Assembly (NCBI GenBank): GCA_963665845.2
Contig: OY762492.1
Span: 3,488,001 to 3,552,000 of the forward strand
From: Candidatus Poribacteria bacterium
GTDB taxonomy: Bacteria > Poribacteria > WGA-4E > GCA-2687025
Length of the DNA: 64,000 nucleotides
Direction: 5' to 3'
Numbering within the stretch: position 1 is the first letter of the stretch; every line of letters starts with the position of its first letter. Below are positions 10,166-21,811 of the stretch, piece by piece. A program made the translations under genes and the position numbers. The notes beneath the pieces were generated by a model, which was not told the DNA's origin, made no database searches, and saw only the letters and a program-made list of their open reading frames with translations.

Positions 10166-10191
10166 CGCCGAAACCGTCATTCTACCCGCTG

Positions 10192-11328
10192 TCATTTCTG
10201 CACAGCGTCTATCAGCCTGTTGATTTCCTCTTCGTTGTTAAAAAGCGCCGCGGAGACGCGAATCCCATCAATCTCCTCCACATACCGTACGCGGATGCGC
10301 TCCTGTTCGTACAGCTCCGCCGCAAGCGTCTCGCCTGAAACGCCCTCGACCGAAAAGGAGGTCATCGCGCATGAATGCTCCCATGCGTCAGGCGTGTGGA
10401 GGCGGACATTCGGCGCCGTTTTCAGCCCCTCTTTCAGCATGCCGGTCAACGCGCGCATACGGCGCCATGCGTTCTCAAAACCGACCTGATCCCACCATTC
10501 AAACAGCGGCTCAAAGCCCGCATAACGCCCGCAGCCGCGCGTTCCGCATTCAAACCGCCGCGCGGAGCGGTCCAGCGTCAGTCTGTCCGCCGCCTCGTCG
10601 TAAATGCCCGAACCCATGCCCACCTGCGTCGGCGTCAGCGCGTCCATCAGCGCGGGGCGTATGCGCAGATAGCCCGTGCCTTTCGGTCCGAGTAGCCACT
10701 TATGCCCGTTGCCCGCGTAGATGTCCGCTTCCTCCGCCGCCTCCTGTATCGGCATTTGCCCCGCCGCCTGCGCGCCGTCGATGAGCGACAGGACGCCGCG
10801 CTCTCGACAGCGGCGCGCCATCTCGGCGGCGGGCGCCCGCTTGCCCGTGACGCAGCTGACATGGCTGAACGCCGCGAGGCGCGTTTTAGGGGTAAAGGCG
10901 GCTTCGAGAGCGTCCAGCGTTTCTTCAGGCGTGTTGCCAAAACGAAAACGGCGGACCGACACGGCGTTTTCTCCCGCGGAACGCTGCGCCAAAAACGCCC
11001 ATGGAAACAGCAGCGCCGCATGTTCCTCGTCCGAGATCAGTACCTCTCCGCCGCCGCTCCAGTCAAGCCCATGGGCGGCGGCGTTGATGCCTTCGGTGGC
11101 GTTGCGCGTGAAGGCGACCTCGTCCGCGGAGACGCCCAAAAACGCCGCCAGACGCGCCCGCCCCCGTTCAAGCCGTTCAAGAGAGGCGGTCCACTCCACC
11201 TCTCCGCCCAGTTCAAACGCGCGGACGGACTCCTCCGTCTTCTCGGCGACCGACAGCGGACACAGCCCCGCCGCGCCTACGTTTAAATACGCGCACCGTT
11301 CTAACAGCGGAAACTCGCCCCGTATCAC
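10192..11328 (-). CDS. Class V PLP aminotransferase (cysteine desulfurase/isopenicillin-N epimerase-like)
   Basis: YLN, TRNATEG, DGAQAAG, GHKWLLGPKGTG. Confidence 0.9.
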   Translation of the reverse strand: MIRGEFPLLERCAYLNVGAAGLCPLSVAEKTEESVRAFELGGEVEWTASLERLERGRARLAAFLGVSADEVAFTRNATEGINAAAHGLDWSGGGEVLISDEEHAALLFPWAFLAQRSAGENAVSVRRFRFGNTPEETLDALEAAFTPKTRLAAFSHVSCVTGKRAPAAEMARRCRERGVLSLIDGAQAAGQMPIQEAAEEADIYAGNGHKWLLGPKGTGYLRIRPALMDALTPTQVGMGSGIYDEAADRLTLDRSARRFECGTRGCGRYAGFEPLFEWWDQVGFENAWRRMRALTGMLKEGLKTAPNVRLHTPDAWEHSCAMTSFSVEGVSGETLAAELYEQERIRVRYVEEIDGIRVSAALFNNEEEINRLIDAVQK

Positions 11329-12134
11329 AACGCCACAATACGGCGCATGCGCCGCGCCGTTTCGATATGGTCGTCCCGCGATCCGCCCACCTCATGGATA
11401 ACAGGCGCGGAATACCCTGCGGCGCGCAGCTCCGCCATGACGCCCGCCCAGTCGGTGTCGCCGTCCATGAGGCGGGTCCAGGCGTGCGGTCCGCGCTTGA
11501 AGTCCTTGAAATGAACCCGCTTGATGCGCGTCCCAAGCGCCCGTATCCACTGCTCCGTATAGCCGTATGCCATCATGTTGGCGGTGTCCAGATAGGCGCC
11601 GATCCATTCGCTGCCGACCTGGTCGATGAGTTGGCGCATTTCGCGCGGGCTGAGCAGAAACTTGTTCCACACGTTTTCAACGCCGACGGCGCATTGCCGC
11701 TTTTCCGCGATGGGAGCCAGCTCCTTGAGGCTGCCGCAGAGCGCGTTCCAAGCGTCGTCGTAGGTTCCTTCTTGGGGGAGGGCGCCGGGGTGAAGCAGCG
11801 TCGCGCCGGCGCCGAGAGCCTCCGCGATTTCGCATGACCTCTGGACGCGCAGAATGCCGTGTTCGCGCTGGTCGGGGTCGGTTGAAAGCAGGTTTCCGCC
11901 GCCCCCTTTCGGCGAGGCGGAGATGACGCTGGCGATCTCAACGCCGGCGTCGGCGCACCGCCGGGCAACGTCCGCCAGTTCGCTGTCGGTCATGTTCGGA
12001 TGGAGGTCTTTGCCGTCGCGGAAAGTCAGCTCGACCGCTTCGTACCCCGCTTCTTCGCACAGGTTGAGCGTTTCGTCCAGGGTGGCGGCGCCGAGTATGA
12101 TCTGTGTGATGCCGATTTTATTCGTTGTTGTCAT
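11325..12134 (-). CDS. Sugar phosphate isomerase/epimerase
   Basis: ENVWNKFLLSP, YLDTAN, HFKDF. Confidence 0.9.
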   Translation of the reverse strand: MTTTNKIGITQIILGAATLDETLNLCEEAGYEAVELTFRDGKDLHPNMTDSELADVARRCADAGVEIASVISASPKGGGGNLLSTDPDQREHGILRVQRSCEIAEALGAGATLLHPGALPQEGTYDDAWNALCGSLKELAPIAEKRQCAVGVENVWNKFLLSPREMRQLIDQVGSEWIGAYLDTANMMAYGYTEQWIRALGTRIKRVHFKDFKRGPHAWTRLMDGDTDWAGVMAELRAAGYSAPVIHEVGGSRDDHIETARRMRRIVAL

Positions 12135-12328
12135 GGCGGCTCCTTTTTCTTGGATTAAATGTAAGCCGATCGGGCGCGCAGGTCAAGCGCCCATGGTTAT
12201 CGTCATGACGCGGCGGAGATTTGTTGCGCTCAAAATATTGCGGCGCGGCAAAGCCTATGCTATGGTTTCGGACGTTGGCAGCAAGCGTTCAGGTACTCGG
12301 CGGAAACACCGCCAGAGAGGCGTTGACG

Positions 12329-13426
12329 ATGCGATTCACTGCGGCTTTCCAGACAGCCGTTTTGGCCGTCGCGCTGCTGTCGGCTTATTCCGCGGCGGCG
12401 CAGCTGCCGTCGCCCAAAGAGAATGTGCTGCGGCTTGAGAGGCCGACGATCGTTTACAAAGCCAACGAGGCATACGAGCTGCGCCTCATCGACTGGGACG
12501 GACAGAACGACAGGTTGTGGATGACCGACTCGCGCAAGCGAATGCGCTTTCTAGCAGGCGTCGAATGGTCGCCGGACGGCAGGCGCGCGGCCATTGCCGG
12601 ATTTTACGGAGGAGGAAATTACGCGGTCAATGTTCTCAACCTGTCCACAAACCAAGTCGATATTGTGACGAAGCCTTTTGAAGGCAAGATCGTCCTCAAC
12701 TCCCCTGCATGGTCTAGAGACGGCCGTTCGCTGCTTCTTGCAGGCTTTCCGTTGCCTCCAGGAGGTTTCTGGTCAGATATTTACAAGCTGGATCTATCGT
12801 CGGGGCGTCTGAAAAATCTGACAAACGCGCGCGACAACCTCAATCAATTTCCTTCATGGTCGCCTGTTGAGGATAAGATTTTGTTTCGCTCGAAGATCCC
12901 TGGTGAGGACAACCATGACATCTATGTGATGAACGCGGACGGCAGCGGCGCCGTTCGCTTCGTTGATCCGAGTTATGAGAATGCTCCCGCATGGTCTCCC
13001 GATGGCAAGCGGATCGCGTGGTCGTCCACCCGCGGCTCCAAATTTCCCGACTACAACATCTTTGTGATGAACGCGGACGGTTCGAACAAGGAGCCGCTGA
13101 CAACCAGCCCGAACTATGATTACGCTCCGAGGTGGTCGCCGTGCGGAAAATGGCTCGTCTATTGTTCAAGAGAATGGGTTGACGGCGCCGTATGGAATGT
13201 GTACCGCGTTCATGTGGAGACAAAGGAGGTTGTTCAGCTGACGGTCAATGGGGGGCGCGACCCGCGGTGGGTCTTGGCGGGCAAGAGCCGCTTCCTCTCT
13301 GTCGACCCAGCGGATAAAAAAAAGGCGCCATGGGGCAAGATAAAAGAAGCGGAGGCTCAAGATTCCCGCGCGCTTTACCGCAAGGGCGGGAATGACGGTC
13401 TGGCTTGCGAAGCCTTTTTTCCATGA
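12329..13426 (+). CDS. Secreted TolB-like (PD40/WD40) beta-propeller with a Poribacteria-type C-terminal motif
   Basis: Signal peptide; repeated PxWSPDG and IYVMNADGS; SVDPADKKKAPWGKIK. Confidence 0.88.
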   Translation: MRFTAAFQTAVLAVALLSAYSAAAQLPSPKENVLRLERPTIVYKANEAYELRLIDWDGQNDRLWMTDSRKRMRFLAGVEWSPDGRRAAIAGFYGGGNYAVNVLNLSTNQVDIVTKPFEGKIVLNSPAWSRDGRSLLLAGFPLPPGGFWSDIYKLDLSSGRLKNLTNARDNLNQFPSWSPVEDKILFRSKIPGEDNHDIYVMNADGSGAVRFVDPSYENAPAWSPDGKRIAWSSTRGSKFPDYNIFVMNADGSNKEPLTTSPNYDYAPRWSPCGKWLVYCSREWVDGAVWNVYRVHVETKEVVQLTVNGGRDPRWVLAGKSRFLSVDPADKKKAPWGKIKEAEAQDSRALYRKGGNDGLACEAFFP

Positions 13427-13558
13427 ATAAAGGCTTTGTTCGATCAATGCCCCCACTTTCTGCCTAGTTCAGACAAACCCTGTATGCGCGAACATACGCA
13501 ATTTCGCGTTACGAACGCTGCGGGCGCAAGCCTAGACCGCCTGCGCCCGCAGCGTAGA

Positions 13559-15793
13559 TCAACCGCGAAGGATGTATTCTTTCCCCGCCTCCGTCTCAAT
13601 TGCGACGAGTCCGTCCTCGTCCGCCGGCGCTGCGGCGCCGTTCACTTCCAGCGGTGACGCCGAACGAACGCGGCATGCGTTGCCGAGAATGGACAGAAGG
13701 CGCGCCTCCTTCAGCCCGCCGTTTTCCCACTCGATATCGACCTCAAAACCGCCGCGCGCCCGCAGACCCTTCACCCACCCGCTTTGCCAGGCAGACGGCA
13801 GCGCCGGCAGCAGCGCGATCTCGCCCGCGTGGCTCTGAAGCAGCATCTCCACAACGCCCGACGCGCCGCCGAAGTTGCCGTCGATCTGAAACGGCGGATG
13901 CGCGTCAAACATGTTTGGATAGGTGCCGGTCGCAATGAGGCTCTCCAGCATGAGATATGCATGGTCGCCGTCCTCAAACCGCGCCCAGAAGTTCACTTTC
14001 CACGCCTTGCTCCAGCCGGTGCCGCCGTCCCCGCGTATGAGCAGCGACTGCTTCGCCGCGTCGCACATGTCGGGCGTTCCGCGCGGCGCGATCTCGCTGC
14101 CCGGATGCAGCCCCCACAGGTGCGACACATGGCGGTGCCGTTCGTTCGGGTTGTCCTTGTCCTCAAGCCACTCTTGAAGCTGCCCCAGCCGTCCGATCTG
14201 GTTCGGCGCGATGCGCTCATGCATCTCCTGGAGCCGCGCGCGGAAGTCGGCGTCCACATCCAGGATCGCGCTCGCCTTCGCGCACGAGTCGAACAGGGCG
14301 CGGATGATCTGATGATCCATCGTCGGGCCGGCGACCAGCCCGCCCAGCTCGGGCGAGTTGGACGGCGTACTGATGAGCCAGCCTGTCTTCGGGTCTTCGA
14401 TGAGAAAATCGACAAAAAACTGCGCCGCGCCTTTCATGAGCGGATAGGCGCGTTCCGCCAAGAACGCCTTGTCTTCGGTGAACAGATACCGCTCCCAAAG
14501 ATGCTGGCACAGCCACGCGCCGCCCGTAACCCAGATGCCATGGTTGGAGGCGTTGATCGGCGCGGCGCCGCGCCACATGTCGGTGTTGTGATGGAGAACC
14601 CATCCGCGGCAGCCGTAATGTTTCTGCGCCGTTCGGACGCCCGTTTGCGCGACATCGGCGATCATGTCGAACAGCGGCTCGTGGCATTCGGACAGGTTTG
14701 CCGCTTCCGCCGGCCAGTAGTTCATTTCGATGTTGATGTTGACCGTATACTTGCTGCCCCAGGGCGGATTCTGGCTCTCGTTCCAGATGCCTTGCAGGTT
14801 GAGCGTCTGCGTTCCAGGGCGCGAGCCGCTGATCATGAGATAACGCCCGAATTGAAAGTACGCCGCCGCCAATTCAGGATCGTTGTTGTCGGCGAACGCT
14901 TTGATGCGTACGTCGGTCGGCCGGTCAGGGTCGTCCGAGTCGCCGAGGTGAATCTGAACGCGGTTGAACAGCGCCTGATAATCGTCGATATGCTCTTTTT
15001 TGGCGGAATCGTAGTCGGTCTCAAGGGCGAGGGCGGCGCGTTCGGCGCACAGCGCGGCTGGGTCGGCGTCGGCGGTTTGGAAGTCGCGCGCGCTGGACGC
15101 TCCCGTCAAAATGAGCGTCGCCGACTCCGCTTCTTCGACCTGTATATGCGCGGTTCCGTCCGCGATGCTGACGCTTCCGCCTTCTGTCTGAATGTGAAGC
15201 CGCGCCTCAAACTGCGTGACCCCGCGCTCCACCTTGCCGCGCATGACCAGCGCCTCGTCCGACAGCGGTTCCGTTTCAAACCCGCTGTGGGGCGACACCA
15301 GACGCGCCGCGAAGGAGATGGGCTTTCCTCCCCCCTGAATGCGAAGAAAAATCGCTTGGCGCGGCGCGCTCGCAAACATCTCCCGCGTCCATTCGATGCC
15401 GTTTTCGTCTGTGTATTGAACGGAGGCGATCGCGCTGCCGATGTCCAGCTCGCGCCTGTAGTTTTGAAACTCGCCGCCGCCTTCAAATTCTAGGAGCAGG
15501 TCGCCGAACGGCTGGTACGATTCTTGCCCCAGCGGTATGCTCATGAATTCGCGCGCGGCAAGCTCTTCCGCTTCACGCTGTTTGCCGTCGAACAGCAGCC
15601 GGCGTATCTCGCCGAGATGCTGCGCGGCTCCTTCATGGGCGTAATCGTGCGGTTGCCCCGACCAGATCGTGTCCTCGTTGAATTGTATGCGTTCCGCGTC
15701 CGTTTTGCCGAAGATCATGGCTCCGAAGCGCCCGTTTCCGATCGGATGCGCTTCGACCCACTGCTCAGCCGGCTTGTCATGGTAAAGTTTCAT
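13559..15793 (-). CDS. GH95 alpha-L-fucosidase
   Basis: [50 protein letters not shown]. Confidence 0.95.
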   Translation of the reverse strand: MKLYHDKPAEQWVEAHPIGNGRFGAMIFGKTDAERIQFNEDTIWSGQPHDYAHEGAAQHLGEIRRLLFDGKQREAEELAAREFMSIPLGQESYQPFGDLLLEFEGGGEFQNYRRELDIGSAIASVQYTDENGIEWTREMFASAPRQAIFLRIQGGGKPISFAARLVSPHSGFETEPLSDEALVMRGKVERGVTQFEARLHIQTEGGSVSIADGTAHIQVEEAESATLILTGASSARDFQTADADPAALCAERAALALETDYDSAKKEHIDDYQALFNRVQIHLGDSDDPDRPTDVRIKAFADNNDPELAAAYFQFGRYLMISGSRPGTQTLNLQGIWNESQNPPWGSKYTVNINIEMNYWPAEAANLSECHEPLFDMIADVAQTGVRTAQKHYGCRGWVLHHNTDMWRGAAPINASNHGIWVTGGAWLCQHLWERYLFTEDKAFLAERAYPLMKGAAQFFVDFLIEDPKTGWLISTPSNSPELGGLVAGPTMDHQIIRALFDSCAKASAILDVDADFRARLQEMHERIAPNQIGRLGQLQEWLEDKDNPNERHRHVSHLWGLHPGSEIAPRGTPDMCDAAKQSLLIRGDGGTGWSKAWKVNFWARFEDGDHAYLMLESLIATGTYPNMFDAHPPFQIDGNFGGASGVVEMLLQSHAGEIALLPALPSAWQSGWVKGLRARGGFEVDIEWENGGLKEARLLSILGNACRVRSASPLEVNGAAAPADEDGLVAIETEAGKEYILRG

Positions 15794-16027
15794 CGGCGCC
15801 CCGTTCTGTTGTTTTGTCCATGTTATACCATGCCTGCGCCCGCCCGTCTTTATTCTCTTCCGCCGGGCAGTTTCTATAGGCGATGATGTACGAAAATCCT
15901 GTTTGTGTCGCGCTACTCGTCATTCTACGCGCGGCTAAAATCCCCCCAGCCCCCTTTTCAAGGGGGGAGTCTAGAAATCCCGCGCCCTACCCGTTGTCAT
16001 CGGACGGCCGTCATTTGTATGATGATC

Positions 16028-17441
<1,414 letters not shown>

Positions 17442-17661
17442 AAACCCTTTCCGAGAGACAGCTGCGGCGGCTCCTTCGGCTCTTGCCGAAAAATATCCGC
17501 CGCGGCGACTTTCGGGACAACAGAAAGTGCGAAATGGTTGACTTTGAACACAGATACTCCCGTGTAAGCGGGAATCCAGAGGCATCGGGGATGACGTCCG
17601 CGTTCCCATGCCGACATGTCCCAACTTAAGACGTAAGGTCAGGAACGATCCGCAGACGAAC

Positions 17662-19458
17662 TTACCAAGCCGATGTGCTATCGTTGCGAAACTTCAGAGG
17701 GTGAACGTCTCTCGGATGACCTATTTTCTGTTTTGTCACCTGATAAGGCTCCCATGTGAATAGGTTCCCGTACGACATGGCAATATCCTGCGCGAGCCGA
17801 ATCTCTTCCTCGGTCGCGCCGCCGTCCGTCAGAGCCGCCTGCCATTCCTTGACCGCAATCAGCTGGTCGAAAGCTCCCTCCGCCCTCTCTTCTCTGCCGA
17901 GCCGAACCAGATCATAATAGATATGTTCAATGTCCATAGCGATGGACATGCTCTCGGCGATTTTATGTACCGCAATCTCATAGACCGCCGTCTCCACATC
18001 CATGCTCGACTCTTCGCCTTCCATGAAGATCGGAATGCGGTATTTCTCATCCACAAACGACCAGTAATCCGGCTTCGGAACGGCGCGGCGCTCATCTTGG
18101 GCAGCGAGGACCGCCTCTGCCGCGGCAATCTTTTCAGCGTCGTCGGCGTTCTCGTCCACTAAAACCGTCTGCCAATTTTGGACTGCATCCCGCCATTTAA
18201 GAACAGGCTCCGATTCAAAGACAGCGATGTTAGCGGGCAGCGCTCTGAACGCTTTTCGGAATCCCTCGGCGCTTTTGTACGGCTCATAGCTGAGGATATT
18301 GCTATAGGGGCGCATGTCGAACCGCCTCCACACCGCGACGCCCGCCCGCGCCGCTTCAAGCGCGGCTGTAGCGGGGTCTAGACGCCAGTCCGCTTCGCGC
18401 TTGTTTTTGCTCATCCCAATGAAAGCGGGCGGAGACGGCAGCCATGCTGGGTTCAGCGCCTCAATGCATGCGTTTGCAAACGCCTCATACGCCGCGTAAC
18501 GCGCTTTCCAAACGGACGCTTGAAATGGGCGCAGTTCTCCTCCTCCGCTCCTGAGAAATTCCGCGTATGCGTCTTCCGCTTCAAGCCTTTTTTCAGCGGC
18601 TATGAGCCACGTTTGAACGGCGGCGCGCGCCGCTTCATGGCGGGCGGTACGTTCAGGCGTCCATTCTGAAAGGTCGGCGGGTCTGGCAAGCTTCTGGGAA
18701 ATCTTCTTCGCCCGATAGACAGCCTGCCAGGCTCTCATGACGCCTTCCTCCGCGTTCGGAAACTCCGGCGGAGACAGCTTTCCTCTCACGGTAACAAGCT
18801 CTTTGACGAACGCCGCGCAGGACTGTATCTTGTCTCGCTTTGCCGTTGACAAAGGTACGCCGCTCTTGAGCGCGCCCAGCCATGCTTGTTCAATCGCCGT
18901 CTTCTTTTCAAACATGCGCAGCGACGCCGCATGATTCTTCACGAGATCGCGATGGTCGCCCAGCCGATCGTCTGTCCCCCGCAAATAGTCCAGCAGGAAT
19001 TGATCCCGTTTCAAACGCTCCTCGGCGCAGTGGATATACAAGCCCCGTATGCCGTCGGCGGCAAGCGCCTCATTGACAGCAGTTTTTTGAGGCATGATTA
19101 AAATGGGCGGACCATGCATATCGTCTGGCGTCGGATCGCGAAAATAGGCGACGCCGCCGTTTGCGGCAATGAGACGCTCTATGTCGTCCGTGTTCTGAAT
19201 CGAATGGCCGATCAGGTCCGTAATGACCGCTATATCCGCTACGACGCCGAGACCTGGGATGGATCGGATATACCCTTTCCGGTAGTTGAGCGCGACTTCT
19301 CTAGAGCCGAAACTTACCTGACCTCGGCGCAAACGGCGATCCTCCGCCTCCATGCTTGCGGCAGCTGCATGCTCAGTCGCGGGAGGGGGCTGCTGCGTAT
19401 AACATCCCGCTATCGCCAAGAGAGCCGAAGCAATGAGCGCGTTCAACAAGCGCGGCAT
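17662..19458 (-). CDS. Hypothetical helical lipoprotein
   Basis: Long ORF with lipobox AIAG-C; no family recognised. Confidence 0.65.
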   Translation of the reverse strand: MPRLLNALIASALLAIAGCYTQQPPPATEHAAAASMEAEDRRLRRGQVSFGSREVALNYRKGYIRSIPGLGVVADIAVITDLIGHSIQNTDDIERLIAANGGVAYFRDPTPDDMHGPPILIMPQKTAVNEALAADGIRGLYIHCAEERLKRDQFLLDYLRGTDDRLGDHRDLVKNHAASLRMFEKKTAIEQAWLGALKSGVPLSTAKRDKIQSCAAFVKELVTVRGKLSPPEFPNAEEGVMRAWQAVYRAKKISQKLARPADLSEWTPERTARHEAARAAVQTWLIAAEKRLEAEDAYAEFLRSGGGELRPFQASVWKARYAAYEAFANACIEALNPAWLPSPPAFIGMSKNKREADWRLDPATAALEAARAGVAVWRRFDMRPYSNILSYEPYKSAEGFRKAFRALPANIAVFESEPVLKWRDAVQNWQTVLVDENADDAEKIAAAEAVLAAQDERRAVPKPDYWSFVDEKYRIPIFMEGEESSMDVETAVYEIAVHKIAESMSIAMDIEHIYYDLVRLGREERAEGAFDQLIAVKEWQAALTDGGATEEEIRLAQDIAMSYGNLFTWEPYQVTKQKIGHPRDVHPLKFRNDSTSAW

Positions 19459-19597
19459 CTTTCCTAACCTCAAAGGCGCGGGGCAGGCGGTAAAAACGTT
19501 CCAAGAGGAGCCACATCACTATGCCCTTTGTTACATGTTCATCCAACAAACGCATTATGGCATAGGCATTTGAGAAACGCAACCTTCTTCACGGCAG

Positions 19598-20422
19598 GGC
19601 AGTACGCTCATACGATGATTATGGTAGAATCCGATTTAAATTGGCTCAACAGGAGAATCGCAAATGGCCCGCCCACGCTCGTATCGTCACGACATTCGCT
19701 GCATCCACTGCGGATCCAACTGGATGGTGAAAAACGGCAAAGACGGCGAAAAGCAGACATACCTTTGCCAGGATTGCAATACCCGACACACTCCATCGGG
19801 AAAACGCCGCTGGTATTCGAAAGAAATCAAAGATCAAGCGGTGAAAATGTATGAGAACGGAACCAGCGGTCGCGCCATCGCCCGCATTCTAGGGGTAAGT
19901 CCCAGCGCGGTCTACAGGTGGATCAAAAAAAAAGCTGAACATGCGCTGCGGGTGAGGGAAGAGCGGAGAAAAAACAACCTGAAAAAGCGCATGGCCAAAG
20001 CGATCGCGATCGATGAGATGGTGACTTATCAGCGCGCCCGAAGGGGTCCTGGTCAGAAGAAGGTGTGGATTTGGACCGCGCTCATTGAATGGTTTGATGG
20101 GTCTCTGTCGTTCGATTTTGTCGTTGGAGATCGTACGGCGGAGACCTTTCAGAAGCTCATGGATCGTCTGCCTGTGGCGGAGACGTATCATACGGATGGA
20201 TATGGCGTGTATGATGAGATTTCGCGTCGTCATCGTGTCATCGGCAAGGGAGGAAAGGTGAACCGCAACGAGTCGCTTCATTCTCGTCTTCGGGAGAGTT
20301 TATACCGCTTTCGTCGGGGCGCCAAAGGTCTTACGCGGAGCCTCTGGATGCTTGAGGCTTCGATTGCTCTCGTCGCTGTCATGAAAGGGTTTTTATGAAT
20401 ATCATCGCCTGTAGAGACTGCC
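19598..20422 (+). mobile_element. IS1-family insertion sequence
   Basis: Imperfect 22-bp inverted repeats GGCAGT-N9-CGATGAT at 19598 and 20401-20422; no TSD seen. Confidence 0.85.
19664..20398 (+). CDS. IS1-family transposase (InsA-InsB in one frame)
   Basis: CxxC..CxxC zinc ribbon, HTH, IDEM / HTDG / NE DDE triad. Confidence 0.92.
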   Translation: MARPRSYRHDIRCIHCGSNWMVKNGKDGEKQTYLCQDCNTRHTPSGKRRWYSKEIKDQAVKMYENGTSGRAIARILGVSPSAVYRWIKKKAEHALRVREERRKNNLKKRMAKAIAIDEMVTYQRARRGPGQKKVWIWTALIEWFDGSLSFDFVVGDRTAETFQKLMDRLPVAETYHTDGYGVYDEISRRHRVIGKGGKVNRNESLHSRLRESLYRFRRGAKGLTRSLWMLEASIALVAVMKGFL

Positions 20423-20579
20423 GTCCAGAACCCTTGCGCTTTACCCGACGTCATTCCCGCGCCCCTCTTCGGCGCCGATCCTACCTGTCGTCATTTCCGC
20501 GCCCCACTTTCTGTCATTCCCGCGTAAGCGGGAATCTTAAGGCGCCTCATGCAAAGTTAGCGTTCATGTTAGGATTTGA

Positions 20580-20957
20580 TCAGGCGTAGTCGGTCAACGC
20601 GCCTATCAGATACGGCAATTCGGACGCGACGCGCGAGTTGGACGCGACGATGTCGACCCCAAGCTCCTTCGCTTTTTGAAACGCTTCAACGTTCATATGG
20701 CTTCCGAAGGCGAGCAGCGGCAGCGTCTCGGCAAGCGGTCCCGATTTCACCTCTTCGATGAACCCGACCCAGTCGAACCCGTCTTTGTCCATGGAGACGA
20801 GCGCGGCGGTGAATTCGTTTTCTTTAAGCCGCCGCCGCGCAATCTCTAAGTTGCCCGCCCCGGTCGCTTCATAGCCGAGAACCTTGGCGCCTTCCAGCAG
20901 TTTGGCGAAGAAGAACAGGTCGGCGATGATGAGCAGTTTGCCTTTGCTTTCGGTCAT
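20580..20957 (-). CDS. Stand-alone atypical receiver-like protein
   Basis: CheY-like pattern (DLFF..K, PLLAFGSH, A.ELG.D); phosphoacceptor position appears to be Ser (LVSM). Confidence 0.7.
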   Translation of the reverse strand: MTESKGKLLIIADLFFFAKLLEGAKVLGYEATGAGNLEIARRRLKENEFTAALVSMDKDGFDWVGFIEEVKSGPLAETLPLLAFGSHMNVEAFQKAKELGVDIVASNSRVASELPYLIGALTDYA

Positions 20958-21502
20958 ACCTTCTCCTTTGGCGTCCATACCGTTTCATCTTGCCCGCCGC
21001 GTATCGCGACGGCGCGCGCCGCGACAAAAAGCAGATCGGACAGGCGGTTCAGATAGATGAGCGCGGACGGATGGACAGGCTCCTTTTCGGCGAGAGCCGC
21101 GACGCGCCGTTCCGCCCGCCTGCAGACGGCCCGCGCGGTATGAAGCGCCGCCGCGGCGCGGTTTCCCCTCGGCAGAATGAACTGTTTCAGCGGCGGAAGC
21201 TCCTTTTCAAGCTGGTCTATGCCGCGCTCAAGGTCCTCCGCCGCGTTCTCGTCCATCATCGGCGAGTCGCTTTTCGGCGCGGCGAGGTCGGCTCCCAGCT
21301 CAAACAGGCGCGCTTGCGACGCGGCCAGAATGTCCAGCAGGTCGCCGTTTCGCGCGTCCAGCTCCGCGTCTGCCGCGCCGAGAAAAGCGTTCAGCTCGTC
21401 CACGGCGCCAATCGCTTCCATGCGGGGCGAACTTTTAGAGATTCGCCCCGCGCCGAAGAGATCGGTCTCTCCGCTGTCGCCGCGCTTGGTGTAAATCTTC
21501 AC
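20954..21502 (-). CDS. PduO-type ATP:cob(I)alamin adenosyltransferase
   Basis: KIYTKRGDSGET, GAVDELN, RAVCRRAER, YLNRLSDLLF; GTG start. Confidence 0.95.
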   Translation of the reverse strand: MKIYTKRGDSGETDLFGAGRISKSSPRMEAIGAVDELNAFLGAADAELDARNGDLLDILAASQARLFELGADLAAPKSDSPMMDENAAEDLERGIDQLEKELPPLKQFILPRGNRAAAALHTARAVCRRAERRVAALAEKEPVHPSALIYLNRLSDLLFVAARAVAIRGGQDETVWTPKEKV

Positions 21503-21783
21503 GCGACCGTTTCGGCGGTGTCGCCGTCGTCCGCTTCCTCTTCCGCCTCTTCTTCGATGTCGACCCGTTCGCCGCCGCATGATTCCGCCCGGCGGGCGCG
21601 TTTCTCTTTGGAGAGTTCGACGCAAGCGTCCATCGTCTGGACCGCTTCGTCAACGCACTCGCTGACGCAGGATTTGACGCCCAGCAGCAGCTCCCGCTTT
21701 GCGTTCGTGAAATGTGTAACAAACTCTTCTGGCCAGATGGACAGAAACTCAGATGCCGCTTCTTCAAAGATGCTCGCGCTCAT
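21499..21783 (-). CDS. Small acidic hypothetical protein
   Basis: GAGGAG RBS before ATG 21783; overlaps the next gene by GTGA. Confidence 0.7.
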   Translation of the reverse strand: MSASIFEEAASEFLSIWPEEFVTHFTNAKRELLLGVKSCVSECVDEAVQTMDACVELSKEKRARRAESCGGERVDIEEEAEEEADDGDTAETVA

Positions 21784-21811
21784 GTCGTTCTCCTCATGTG
21801 AATGCCTGTCT

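Noticed and set aside
13784-15493. 569-aa plus-strand ORF
   Set aside because: Antisense shadow of the GH95 gene; Arg-rich with no motifs.
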